From Takakia lepidozioides (taxonomy: Eukaryota; Plantae; Bryophyta), in contig CM060732.1 of NCBI GenBank assembly GCA_030704615.1, forward strand, positions 54,746,001-54,810,000: a stretch of 64,000 nt of DNA. The letters run 5' to 3'. Positions 1-11,699 of this stretch are shown piece after piece. Made by a program: the position numbers and the translations under genes. The notes beneath the pieces were generated by a model, which was not told the origin of the DNA, did no database searches, and was given only the letters and a program-made list of their open reading frames with translations. The first letter of the stretch is position 1; every line of letters begins with the position of its first letter.

Positions 1-586
1 TGTAGCCTTTTATGTGACACCAAATGTACCTTGTCAATGGGTCTATGTATGGAAAAGAGATGAATGGGAGAAGCCAATCGGAAAAGTAACAAGCCACTGA
101 TCCTTTAGATCATTTGAGACCTGTACGTGGACGAGTCACTGACTGAACGCTATAACCGAGAATTGGGGGTGGCTCCACAATGAGTCATTACAGTTCCATA
201 AGCCAATGTGTAGATGTGAGCGTGTGTTGGTCTCATGGTGGATCAACCCCTATTTAGAGTTAGAGGGGCGATGCACGTGCTCCCAGACAATTACCCTCAT
301 ATCTCGGTACACAACATAGTACTGCCCCTGAGCTCGAACTTGCTTGACCTGCAAGAGTTGCACCCACATGGCGTTGTATTGCAAGGGGGTCAAATCATCA
401 TTGAGGTACATACCCTCACCTCTCAATTGAGGCCTCTACCTGAGGACCCTATCCCGAGCACCTTTGTCCTTGAATCAAATGAAGAGGACTTTGTGCTCTG
501 AAGATCCTGCACGCCAAGCCCGTTCAATGCCACTCGCTCCCCGTGGTAGAGCAAGGTTGGTGGCCGCGTCAAGACGGTCCCCCTCT
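1..586 (-). mobile_element. LINE fragment: C-terminal half of ORF1 (RRM/CTD-like) and start of the ORF2 endonuclease, with stops
   Basis: Minus strand reads GIERAWRAGSSEHKVLFI*FKDKGARDRVLR*RPQLRGEGMYLNDDLTPLQ, a typical LINE ORF1 pattern. LHIGLWNCN near 190-215 resembles the first motif of an APE endonuclease. Confidence 0.7.
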
Positions 587-1140
587 CACTAGAAGCATTC
601 GTGTCATTTACCTCTGGGGTAATGACTCATTTTGAGTCGTAAAAGTCAAAAAACCGGGATCGACTGGAACAAATGACTAATTACAACAGACGTGGAAGTT
701 GGGTCGGACATCCAATGATTGGAGTGGTAAAGGACGTAAGCGCGCGAACAACTGCTCAGCGATTATTGCGATTAATGCTGAAGAACCACGTGGCGTAACC
801 AGGCAGGCCGCCCGTGTGTCTGACCTTTTGGGCTGACTTTGACTTTTCCCTCCGGATGAGTGGACTTACTCACCGGAGCGCGGTGTCACATGGACGCGGA
901 CGTGGACGACGATGTGGACGCCGACGTGGTGGCGCCACGACGAGCAGCACTGCTGCCACGTGGCCAAGGGCCCGGGGTGCCACGTGGTAGTCGACCACAT
1001 AACTTGTAGTGCTACATGCCCAGTGGCAACTGCGACTGCGGAAGTCGGCGCAACCACTGCTTTACTACTTTAAATGAAGTGCTCGAAATTACTTGAACAA
1101 TCACTCATAGTGCTTTGAAGTTTTGGTGTTTGTAATGAGC
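587..1140. mobile_element. CACTA-like transposon terminus (end A) with GC/CpG-rich subterminal region
   Basis: Begins CACTAGAAGCATTCGTGTC (587-605), identical to 6673-6691. Flank TCT (584-586) is the reverse complement of the AGA flanking the other end. The inner boundary is approximate. Confidence 0.65.
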
Positions 1141-1231
1141 CGACTAGTACATACGCATGTAATGCCATACAAGAGAACTAATCATGTCATTAGAAATGCG
1201 AAAACAATGAAAGACGTGCCATGAAACAAAA

Positions 1232-1455
1232 CGAAATGAAAATGAAATGAAATAAAACAAATGATACTTTATTACATCTGCGGAAAGCTCAAAGAGATTA
1301 TGATACAAAATGGAAAAACCAAAGTAAAAAAAACAGCCCAAAGCTACTACTGCTCTGAGGATTGCCTAAGGGTCAAGGCCTCGTGCAGGTAAGCTGCCAA
1401 ACAATTGTGATCCTCATAATGCAAGACTCAGTGATAGCTTGAGTCCCACGGAATA
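1232..1455 (-). mobile_element. 3' end of LINE family A (RTE/RTEX-like), 5'-truncated
   Basis: Reverse complement matches 55500-55712: CLAAYLHEALTL coding end, 3' UTR and (ATTTC)n tail. Confidence 0.85.
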
Positions 1456-3470
1456 GACCATCTACCCATGCATGTTTCTTGTAGCTATTGATCCACAGGG
1501 AATCATAGGTAATCTTGTGCTTGAAATCTGGCCCTCTTGGATGAATCTGCACCCACACTCTCTTTGCTCCTTTAGCTACACATGCCTCTGCACAAATCAT
1601 GCATTCATCATTGCCTTGCTGCTAGTGGCTGACAGTGACAACCTAGATTTATTCTAGGAAACATCCAACTCAACTTCTGACACTAGTTCCTATGCTGAAT
1701 GCGTCTGCTAGTCTATGAAATGTAACAGACATTCATCTTTTTGCCTCGGTTGTCCCATCATTGACTGGGGGAGAACAGTATTCATTCCACAACTTCTCCT
1801 CATCTCTGTTACTTGTTTTTTGATACTTTTTTGTTGTCACATTGGCAGTATCATGTCAAAATCACTCTAAACTAGATTCACTCAACCAACTAACTTGCAG
1901 AATTCAACATGGAAATTTAGGACTGATTCTGATAAGAGGGAAAAACAAGGTGAAATGTGTTGAAGAAGATGTCTTCATTAGCAGTGTCTGATTTTAAAAA
2001 ATTGTGTCGCTGCTGCCAGTTGACCATCTACCCATGCAGGTTTGTTGTATCTATAGAGTCAATCTGGAGCTTGAAGCCCGACTCTCTTGGGTGAATCTGC
2101 ACCCACACTTTATCCCTACTCCTTCAACTATCCATGCCTCTGCACAAATCATGCATATATCATTGCCTTGCTGCTAGCAGCTGATGGTGACAGCCTAGAT
2201 TTGTTCTTACACCCCAACCCTATTTGGAAAAACAGGCTGAAATGTGTTGAGGAAGGTGCTTTCATTAGCAGCACCTCATTCTATCAATTGTGCTGCCACT
2301 ACTGTTTCCACTTGCATCAATTGACCATCTACTCCAGCTGATTTCTTGTAGCTATTGATCCCTCAGCCTGAACCTGAACATGAATCTGGAACTCTATCCC
2401 TGGTCCCTCAGCTATCCCTGCCCGTGTACAGATCATGAATACATCCCTCAGCCTTGCTGCTAGCAGCTGACAGTGACGGTGTGAAGTTCTTCCAGAAAAC
2501 ACCCCAACCTAAGACTTAACAGTAGTTCCAATTATGAATTGCCACTGCTTCTCTCTGTAGTCGAACAAGCACTCACCTTTTTGTCTCCATTGTCCCCCCA
2601 CTGACTTGGGTCGGAAAGTGTTCATCCCAAAGCTTCTCTGCATCTTGTTATCTGTTTCTGGGTACTTTCCTGCTGCCACATCAGCAGTAACTTGTCAAAG
2701 TCACTCCAAACCACCCCACATCCACCCAACGAGCTAACTTACAGCATTCAATATGTAAATTCAGGGCTGGGTCTGATGAGAGGGCAAAATAGGCTGAAAT
2801 AGGTCGAAGAAGAAGGTGCCCTCACCACATTGTCCTCGACCTTGTGTTATGACCCATGGAGGATTTGACTGACCATGCACCCAAGAGAACTTGTGTGTGT
2901 GAGGTGTGTGCTGCTTCCACAGGGAATTGTAGGCAATCTGGAGCTTGAAATCCGGCCCTCTTGGATGAATCTGGACCCACACTGCTCCCTGCTCTTTCAG
3001 CTATCCATGCCTCTACACAAATCATGCATACATCCTTGCCTTGATGCTAGCAGCTGACAATAACACCCTAGAATTGTTCCAGCAAACACCCCAATCTTAC
3101 TTATCACACTAGTTCCTATGCTGACTTGCGTCTGCTTCCAACAGGCATTCACCTTTTTGCCTAGATTGTTCCGCCATTGACTGGGGTCAGAACCGTATTC
3201 ATTCCAGAGCTTCTCCACATCTCTATTATCTATTTTTCGATACTTTCGACCACATTGGTAGTAATATGTCAAAATCACTCCAACACAACCATAGATCCAC
3301 CAACGAGCTAACTTGTAGAATTCAACATGAAAATTTAGGGACGACTCTGATAGCAGGGGAAAACAGGGTAAAATATGTTGAAGAAAGTACCTTCATTAGC
3401 AGTGGGCCTTGTTCTATCAATTGTGCTGCTGCCATTGCTGTTTCCAGTTGACCATCTACCCACTTGTAGC
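1455..3470 (-). pseudogene. Tandem array of degenerate, intron-split OSB-type PDF motif modules
   Basis: First halves EKLW(N/D)E..SDPSQW(W/G/R)(D/N)NxxKK end at donors GTGAAT (3152), GTGAGT (2576) and a mutated ATGAAT (~1736). Second halves IHPRGPDFK(H/L).I..DSLW follow CAG acceptors at ~2970, ~2385, ~2096 and ~1546. Frameshifts and stops are present. Confidence 0.75.
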
Positions 3471-3479
3471 CATTGTGCT

Positions 3480-4297
3480 ATTGAAGAAGGTGCCCCCCCT
3501 TCCCCCATCATTTGATCATAGGTCTCCAAAGCCTCCATACCATGTCTCTGTTGTGCATACCCTGCAAGCATCGCGTTCCATAACACCACATTTGGTTCAG
3601 CCATAGTGTTGAAAACTCCCTTCGCATCCTTAATGCACCCACATTTGGCATAGACGTCCACCAGGGGAGTGTTCAGGATGACATCTGGTACAATTCCAGC
3701 TTTGACGATGTCACCATGGACCTCTTTCCTTTTTTCCAGAGGTCCCAGGCTTGCACACGCATTGCAAACATGCGCAAGCGTGATGTGGTTGGGCTTCACC
3801 CCTTTGCGCAACATTTGCTCATAGGTCGCCAAAGCATTCCTACCACACCCATGCTTGGTAAATCCTGCCAACATTATATTCCACATGATCAAAGATCGTT
3901 GAGGCATTCTGTAGAAATCTTGGCGAGCATCCATGATGCTCCCACACTTAACATACATGTTGACAAGGGTGTTGAGTAGAAAAAACATTTGGCATGAATC
4001 CACTTTGGATAATGTGAGTGTGCACTTGATTCCAGCTTCCAGACTTAGAGCCTTTGTCAGTCTGCCTGCCTCACAAAGCATCTTCACATGCCCCGCAGAA
4101 AAGGCATTGTGGACTCCCTCTCTTGATCCTCTTTCAGAAGTTGTGGTCATGGTTGAGGACGTGCCTGATTTTATCAACTGTGTCGCTGCAGCTGCTGCCT
4201 TTAGTTGACCATCTACCCATTTAGGTTTCTTGTAGCTATTGATCCACATGGAATCACAGGTAATCTGGAGCTTGAAGTCCGGCCCTCTTGGATGAAT
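3480..4297 (-). pseudogene. Exon joining the second half of a PDF motif in frame to PLS-class PPR repeats; truncated, no E/DYW
   Basis: ORF 3335..4309: IHPRGPDFKLQITCDSMWINSYKKPKWVDGQL, a linker, then S-P-L-S-P motifs (NTLVNMYVKCGS, WNIMLAGFTKHG, DVYAKCG). The linker resembles the start of exon 2 of the gene at 32094-35289. Confidence 0.8.
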
Positions 4298-4387
4298 CTG
4301 GACCCACACTCTATCCCTTCTCCTTCAGCTATCCATGCCTCTGCACAAATCATGCATTCATCTTTGCCCTTGCTGCTAGCAGCTAAC

Positions 4388-6460
4388 AATCTTTCCCCTT
4401 TTCCAAAGCTGCCAGGGTAGTGTCCAGATTGACATTTGGTACAATTCCAGCTTTGATGATATCCCCATGCACCTCTTTGCCCTTCTCCAGACCGGCTGCC
4501 TTGCACAAGCATTGCAAATGCACACAAACATGATGTGCTTCCCCCATCATTTGCTCATAGGTCTCCAAAGCCTCCATACCACATCCCCGCTGTGCATACC
4601 CTGCAAGCACATCATATCGCACTCCATGACACCATGTGTCGTTCGGCCATAGTGTCGAACACTCCCTGTGCATCCTAGATACACCCACATTTTGCAAACA
4701 TGTCCACCAGGGTATTGTTTAGAATGTCATCTGGTACAATTCCAGATCTAAAGATGTCGCCGTGCACCTCTTTCCCCATTTCCAAAGCTGCCAGGGTAGT
4801 GTTCAGATTGACATTTGGCACAATTCCAGCTTTGATGATATCCCCATGCACCTCTAGCCCTTCTCCAGGGCTACCAGGCTTGCACGCATATTGCAAATGC
4901 ACACAAACATGATGTGCTTCCCCCATCATTTGCTCATAGCTCTCCAAAGCCTCCATCCCACGTCCCTGCCATGCATACCCTGCAAGCATCACACTCCACG
5001 ACACCACATCTCGTTCAACCATAGTTTCGAACACTCCCTTTGTATCCTAGATGCACCCACATTTTGCAAACATGTTCACCAGGGTATTGTTCAGAATGAC
5101 ATCTGGTACAATTCCAGCTCTGAAGATGTCGCCATGGACCTCTTTCCCCTTTTCCAAAGTTGCCAGGGCAGTGTTCAGATTGACATTTGGCACAATTCCA
5201 GCTTTGATGTCCCCATGCACCTATTGCCCTTCTCCAGGGCTGTCAGGCTTGCACAAGCATTGCAAATGCACACAAACATGATGTGCTTCCCCCATCCTTT
5301 GCTCATAGCTCTCCAAAGCCTCCATCCCACGTCCCTGCCGTGTATACCCTGCAAGCATCGCACTCCATGACACCACATCTCGTTCAGCCATAGTGTCGAA
5401 CACTCCCTTTGCATCCTAGATGCACCCACATTTTGCATACATGTCCACTAGGGTATGGTTCAGAATGACATTTGGTACAATTCCAGCTCTGAAGATGTCG
5501 CCATGGACCTCTTTCCCCTTTTCCAGAGCTGCCAGGGCAGTGTTCATAATGACATTTGGTACAATTCCAGCTTTGATGATACCCTATGCACCTCTTTGCC
5601 CTTGTCTAGGGCTCAATGCACCCACATTTTGCATACATGTCCACCAGGATATGGTTCAGAATGACATTTGGTACAATTCCAGCTTTGATGATACCCCATG
5701 CACCTCTTTGCCCTTGTCCAGGCTCGATGCACCCACATTTTGCATACATGTCCACCAGGGTCAGAATGACATTTGGTACAATTCCACCTCTGAAGATGTC
5801 GCCAAGGAGCTCTTTCCCCTTTTCCAGAGCTGCCAGGGCAGTGTTCAAAATGACATTTGGTACAATCCCAGCTTTGATGATATCCCCATGCACCTCTTTG
5901 CCCTTGTCTAGGGCTGCCAGGCTTGCACAAGCATTGCAAATGCACACAAAGTGGCCGAGCTTCACCCCCTCCCCCATCATTTGATCATAGGTCTCCAAAG
6001 CCTCCATCCCACGTCCCTGTTGTGCATACCCTGCAAGCATCGCACTCCACAACACCACATCTCGTTCAGCCATAGAGTCGAAAACTCCCTTTGCATCCTC
6101 AATGCATCCACATTTGGCATACATGTCCAGGTCAGGGCAGTGTTCAGAATGACATCTGGTGCAATTCCAGCTTTGACCGATGTCACCATGGACCTCGTTC
6201 CCTTTTCCAGGCTTGCACACGCATTGCAAACACATACAAACGTGATGTGGTTGGGCTTCACCCCTTCGCGCATCATTTGCTCACAGGTCTCCAAAGCATT
6301 CATACCACGCCCATGCTTGGTAATCCTGCCAACATTATATTCCATGTGATCAAAGATCGTTGAGGCATTCTGTGTTGAACACTTTGGTGATCATCCATGA
6401 TGCTCCCCTTAACATACATGTTGACAAGGTTGTTGAGTAGAAAAACATTCGGCGTGAATG
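4388..6460 (-). pseudogene. Degenerate PLS-class PPR array with many internal duplications and frameshifts
   Basis: Repeated VDMYAKCGCIEDA, RDVVSWSAMLAGY and LEKGKEVHGDIIKAGIVPN blocks spread over several frames. Confidence 0.9.
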
Positions 6461-6469
6461 CATGAACTT

Positions 6470-6672
6470 TGGTTTCTTTCAAGACCAAATTTTCCATCGG
6501 GGGCTCACAAGGCAGAGGCCTCCTCCTGGGCTAATATAGGTAAGGGTAGCACATCCAACAACAGTCCTCACTCTCTAGAGGAGACAGTCTCGGCTACCTT
6601 GCGAGAGGAACAACAACGGGCTTTCAAAGCCCTTAACATCAGGGTCACTAGGAAGCTAGAGAGCCTTGCAGA
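6470..6672 (+). mobile_element. LINE ORF1 middle segment (partner of 1-586)
   Basis: SSWANIGKG...LREEQQRAFKALNIRVTRKLESLA continues in frame into the reverse complement of 586->1 once one AGA copy is removed. Confidence 0.7.
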
Positions 6673-7060
6673 CACTAGAAGCATTCGTGTCTTTTCTGAA
6701 TCGATTGGGTGTCCGCCAACCACTCCAGGAACCACTTAGCAGTAAGCGAGACTACTGGAGAGTCGAAACGGACAATGTGGGCCCACGGGGGCATTTCAGA
6801 CGGCGGGCAGAAGTGGGGTCAACGACTCCGGAGTCGTAGCAAAAATCCGGGCTATTTAATTAATTGCGTAAATACATAAAATTTGAAAAAGCGGAAATTA
6901 CAAGTGGTTCTAATTATTGCATATGTGACTAGAAATTTTCATTCATAATTCAATTAATGGAATAAAGATATTTATTCATTAAAGTGAATATGTAGTCGAC
7001 TCAACTACTCCATGAACCACTGTGCATTGATTGCACCCGTGATTCGGGGCCACATTTGCT
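6673..7060 (+). mobile_element. CACTA-like transposon terminus (end B)
   Basis: CACTAGAAGCATTCGTGTC at 6673-6691, preceded by AGA. Shares subterminal motifs with end A (GAGTCGT...AAAA.CCGGG; an inverted GGACATCCAATGATT-like motif). The inner boundary is approximate. Confidence 0.65.
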
Positions 7061-7144
7061 GACGTGTGTTACAAGAACAGGCAAACAAAATCTGTCCTTT
7101 GGGGGCTTGCATATTTTAATATGTACTGCCTCCACCTGGAAGTG

Positions 7145-7268
7145 ACAAGGAAGGTCCATGGTGACATCGTGAAAGCTGGAATTGTAGGGTTTGTTATTCT
7201 GAACACCGCCGTGGTGGACATGTATGCCGAATGCGGGAGCATTGAAGATGCGAAGGTAGTGTTCGACT
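7145..7268 (+). pseudogene. Isolated PPR L-S motif fragment, opposite strand to the neighbouring array
   Basis: KVHGDIVKAGIVGFVILNTAVVDMYAECGSIEDAKVVFD. Confidence 0.85.
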
Positions 7269-7499
7269 GTGGCTCAACCTACCCCCTTGTGCTCTTTTAA
7301 AAAAAGTCGATAGACTACATCTTTAGCATATCAACTTAGGACGTGCTCATATCTATTATCTCATCTTCAAGGTCTCTTACCACACTCCAACTAGGCATTG
7401 GCTCTTCCTAGACCTCTCACATGATGAGATGTGTGTGTATGTTCACTCATACTTGTTGCAAACCAAGAGTTTGACATCAATGAAAGAATTGGTATTTTC

Positions 7500-8126
7500 T
7501 GCACATCCGATCATATGTCCCGAGCCATTGTAGACGTTGCAGTTCTGTTTGTTTCCAACTCTTTGTTAAGGGATTCTACCTACAGGTGGATGCTTGCCGT
7601 GAGGGGATCTGGGAGGCTCTTCTCTTCGAAGGTCTTCACTTCACCTTCCAGTTTTGAAAGACGCGTGTGTGTGGATTTGTCATTGAGATGTTTCAACAGA
7701 CTTTGAGGCTTGCTATTGCACTCCTGAACAGAGGCCCGCAAAGCGTTGTCCTCAACTCGCATATTGTCCAGCGCCTTCTCCAAGTCCATGTCTCTGTCTG
7801 TCATGCGCTTCTCCCAGTCTTTGTTTAGGGAAGTCATCCGCTTCTCCCAGTCAGTGTCTCGGGAAGCCATTCGCTCCTCCCAGTCTTTGTTTCGGGTAGC
7901 GAGCACTTGCTGCACAGAGTCTCTTCAAATTGTATTGCGTTTGTAAGATGGTGATTTGGTCCTGAAGCAATTGAACATCAGCACTCCTCGTGGAGTACTC
8001 ATGCAAAGGAGAGGCATGTTGAGAGACCGGGGCAGGAAGAAGAAGCAGAGGGGATCCAGGTCGGGGTGAGGGAGACGGGAAGTCTGCCTCGTCGCCAAGA
8101 GTCCTTTGGCGTTTGGAGGAGGTCAT
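7500..8126 (-). mobile_element. Frameshifted coiled-coil ORF, probably a LINE ORF1 N-terminus
   Basis: MTSSKRQRT start, Pro-rich segment, then 11-aa repeats (RNKDWEERMAS/RDTDWEKRMTS/LNKDWEKRMTD) and heptads. The LINE assignment rests on context. Confidence 0.5.
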
Positions 8127-8208
8127 GGTGTGGTGGAGGTGGCGTTGTCACGCCAACGCGCATGAGCGCAGCGCCAACGCGCGAGCGCCGACGTGCTGAC
8201 GCGTGTGC

Positions 8209-8234
8209 GAGAGAGAGAGAGAGAGAGAGAGAGA
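8209..8234. repeat. (GA)13 microsatellite
   Basis: Read directly from the sequence. Confidence 0.95.
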
Positions 8235-8269
8235 TGGGTGCTGGAGAGGAGGAGGGGGAGAGAAGATGA

Positions 8270-8520
8270 CAGAGAGAGAAAAAGAATAAAAGACAAAGAC
8301 TGAAGCCAAAAGTAGCCCAAAATCAACTAGTGTTCAAAGGATTGCCTAGAAAGGTCAAAGCTTCGTGCAGATAAGCTTCCAAACATTTTTTATCCTCGCA
8401 TATTAGAGATTGGGTTTCACATAACAGACAATGGAATCTCCCGCGGATCTCATAATAAGAAGGGCAATAAAAGAAGAAGAGAGAAAAAAACAGTATAAGA
8501 GATGACAACCTTCCATTCTT
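8270..8520 (-). mobile_element. Degenerate 3' fragment of LINE family A
   Basis: FFFYCPSYYEIRGRFHCL...EDKKCLEAYLHEALTF matches the C-terminus encoded at 55440-55585. Confidence 0.85.
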
Positions 8521-9699
8521 CAAAGATGTACCAAACTGTTGGGCAAGCGTAAGTGCTTCAAATTGCAGTTGGCTACTGTATCTCAACCCACAATACTACC
8601 GGCATACTGAACCACATCTTGAGTAAACAGAGGACTATTCAAGCTATATGGCTTGGAATTCAAACTTGGTTACTATCAGACCATAGACCACCCAATACCA
8701 GCAGAAAAAATGAGGTAGATAAAGGTGGACAGATAATTACTTCCTGTAAGAAGCCTAGATCTTTGGACCTCTAATCGACATACGAATTTCAAAACCAAAA
8801 AATGGCAGGGAATGATGCAGCAAAGAAACTTAACCAAAGTGCTGCACAAAAGATAACTTATGTATAGGTTTGAGAAATGATAGCATTGTCAAGGTGCTCT
8901 GTCAACTTATAGGCATATCATTCAGTTTAATCGGTTCCAAATACTTCCGATAAAAATGCCCCAAGGTTTAGCCCTGGTGTGCACCCAACAAATCGACCTT
9001 GTGTGATTTCTCACAACCGTGATCATCTATTACATTAGTGCATGACAACCACAAAGTGAAGGTCCACATCAGTTATTGTCTTCAGTTTCCAGTGGTTATA
9101 CAGGGTGAATGCAGGAATGACTGGACCAAAAATGGCAGATGTTGCATTCTATGGAAGTCCATAACCAAATTTAAAGTTGACGATATTTCCCCAAATAATT
9201 CAAACGATAATAGACAATGGTATATTCAACATTTTTAGTAAAGGGTCTTACCACAAACATCAAAGATAATTTTTACTATAAATTTTAGTCTTTAATTTGA
9301 ATAAGATTTGATATATCAAAAATTAGAATTTACATCGATTTGTCTATATACAACCAAGCCATTATAGATTATATTTTTGTATCCTTTGTAGTAAAATATG
9401 ACACCTCAAAATCAAAATCAAAGTACACCATGGACTTGGCAAAATAAACCACCTTTTTGGGATATATATTAGTCCATATGAGCCAAATGGAGAGGAATTT
9501 TGCCACCTCAAATCCATATCTATGATGTGGACCAAAATAGCCACCTTATGTCCAGATTTCAATGGAATTGACCAATGGCACATAGGATTTCTTGAGTCCA
9601 TTGTAATTCCATTCACTGCGGAAACAAGTCCACTGTATGGTCTTCAAAAGTCCATAACTTTGTCATTTCTTATCGGATTCATGATTGGAGAGTTGCTAT

Positions 9700-10200
9700 G
9701 GGTGCAAGCTAGGCATCCAATGACATACATGGCTTTCTTCAATTTACAAATGAGTCTTTTGTGTTCACAGCTTTCATAGCCTTTAGGTTGTTCCATGAAT
9801 TCAATCTCGCACAATTCTCCATTGAGGATGACACTCTTGACATCCATTTGTTGTATCGCCAAGTCAAATGCAGCGACAATTGCTAACGTGTAGTGTGAAT
9901 TCATACGAACTTTGCTACTGGTGCAAATGTCTGGTTAAAATCAATACATTGTACGTGTTTGAGATCAGAACCCTTTTGCCAGGTGTCATTCGAGCTAGTG
10001 TGGTACGTATCAACTTCGTCATTTCTTTTCTTTTTAATCCCGACGACCCATTACCAACAGTTTTGCGTCAATTCAACGAATGTGTGTTCCTAAGTATTAT
10101 TCTTTATCAGGGCATTGTAATATCCTCCTTCTGTAAGGCTTCGGAGAGATTAACCGGCTCGTTGATTTATGACTGCTACACATGCATAGTTAAGGTTGCG
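9700..10200 (-). mobile_element. Ty1/Copia reverse transcriptase remnant
   Basis: QQMDVKSVILNGELCEIEFMEQPKGY...LICKLKKAMY matches the Copia RT signature QMDVKTAFLNG..EQP.G..C.L.K..YG. Confidence 0.85.
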
Positions 10201-10559
10201 TGATCATCTAACGACACAAGTTGACTTTCTAGTAGATAGTTTATGAGTTGAGGCGGTAGAGGGCTTCAATCTTAGATGATGATTCAATTTGCAAGTCAAA
10301 ATATTGGGAGGTTGCTTCTCATGATGTAGCTTCACGTGGATGGGCCTCGATGGGTCCCCTAGAGGAAGATTGATTGTCATCGCACACATCATCTTTGTCA
10401 CCTTCTGTCTATTTCATTAACGTCCGTGGCGCTCCCACTTCAGGTACATCGTCCTAGTAACTGTTGTTGTCGGATCAGTTTCATTGAACATGACATCTTG
10501 GCTGATGAGACGTAGCGCCAAGAAGAAAATTGAGCAAAGTTGAAGCTCGAAAGAATGTC

Positions 10560-11690
10560 AAGCTGAGTGATGTGGCTTTTGTGTGTGCATTTGTTGTCTC
10601 TTGCAAATCCGATGCATGGTATATAGATTCTGGAGCATCTTCACACTGGTCACATTGTAGATAGTGGTTAAAGAAATATGAGAGCATTATACATGGGGAT
10701 AATTCTACTCAGAAAGCCACTAGAAAGAGGAAGTATAGAGATTGTGATGTAACATAAAGATAACACCACAATTGGATTACTCATGACTGAAGTTTTGCAT
10801 GTCCTTGGGAAGGCCAACAATCTTTCTTTGTCTATAAAGCAGAGACCGGCGTAACTAAGAGCTCGCCTTGCGGTACCATTGTCCCTCGGTTACACGGTGT
10901 CCCTTGGACACCTGCTTTATCCAAAGGGCCCACCCCGAAAGGGGGGCACCTATGGTGCTGGAGGAAGATTGGATTCAAGTTGCCACTTGTGGGTAATGAT
11001 AGCTGTGACGGAACGGAGCGCTATGAGGTGTATTGCTTTAAAGCACTTATGGATAGGGGAGACGGGGATTTTAAAGTTTTGTGGAGTGCAGAGATACTGG
11101 CATTGTGGATGCCCCCTCTAGTGCCGACAATGATGAGTCTGTAAAACAATCATTTGGTCATGTCTTTGAATTCGGTGACAACACAATTTTGGTGAGGAAT
11201 AGTAAAAAGAAAAATGATAAGATATGGATCAATAATATGACAATTGACTAACAAGTTGCATTATGAATTGTAGCACCACCAAGTTACAGTGTTCAGTACT
11301 GGAGAGTACTCGGATATCTACCTCAAGAGAAACATATCACCACCTCACCTTGTAGCACATAATAAGGTTGGTTCGCCTAGGTGTGGAGAACATTCAAAAG
11401 CTTCTGTCACAAAAAAACCTAGTTGAAGGACTTTCCGTCAGGAAGGACACACAACTTATTTTTTGCCAAAGTTGTGTGCAAGATTAGTAACACACAAAAC
11501 CATTTCCAAAAGGTGGAGCCTCGAGGACAACAGAGCTAGGACTCGCGTTGGTGCATTCTGATTTGTGGGGACTAACCCAAATTCCTTCACTTACTGGAGC
11601 AATGTACTTTGTATCATTTACAGATGTTTTCTCGATAAAGTCTTTCGACTGTTATTTCTTGAAAAGCATGCAAGTACAAAACATACAGCT
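10560..11690 (+). mobile_element. Ty1/Copia protease, GAG-pre-integrase and integrase N-terminal remnant
   Basis: WYIDSGASSH near 10617-10647; VHSDLWG...TGAMYFVSFTDVFS...YFLKS at 11550-11667. Confidence 0.85.
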
Positions 11691-11699
11691 TTATAGTAT

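Noticed and set aside
8600-9640. DNA transposon remnant in AT-rich sequence (also 21474-21760)
   Set aside because: I found no terminal repeats, target duplication or recognisable transposase motif.
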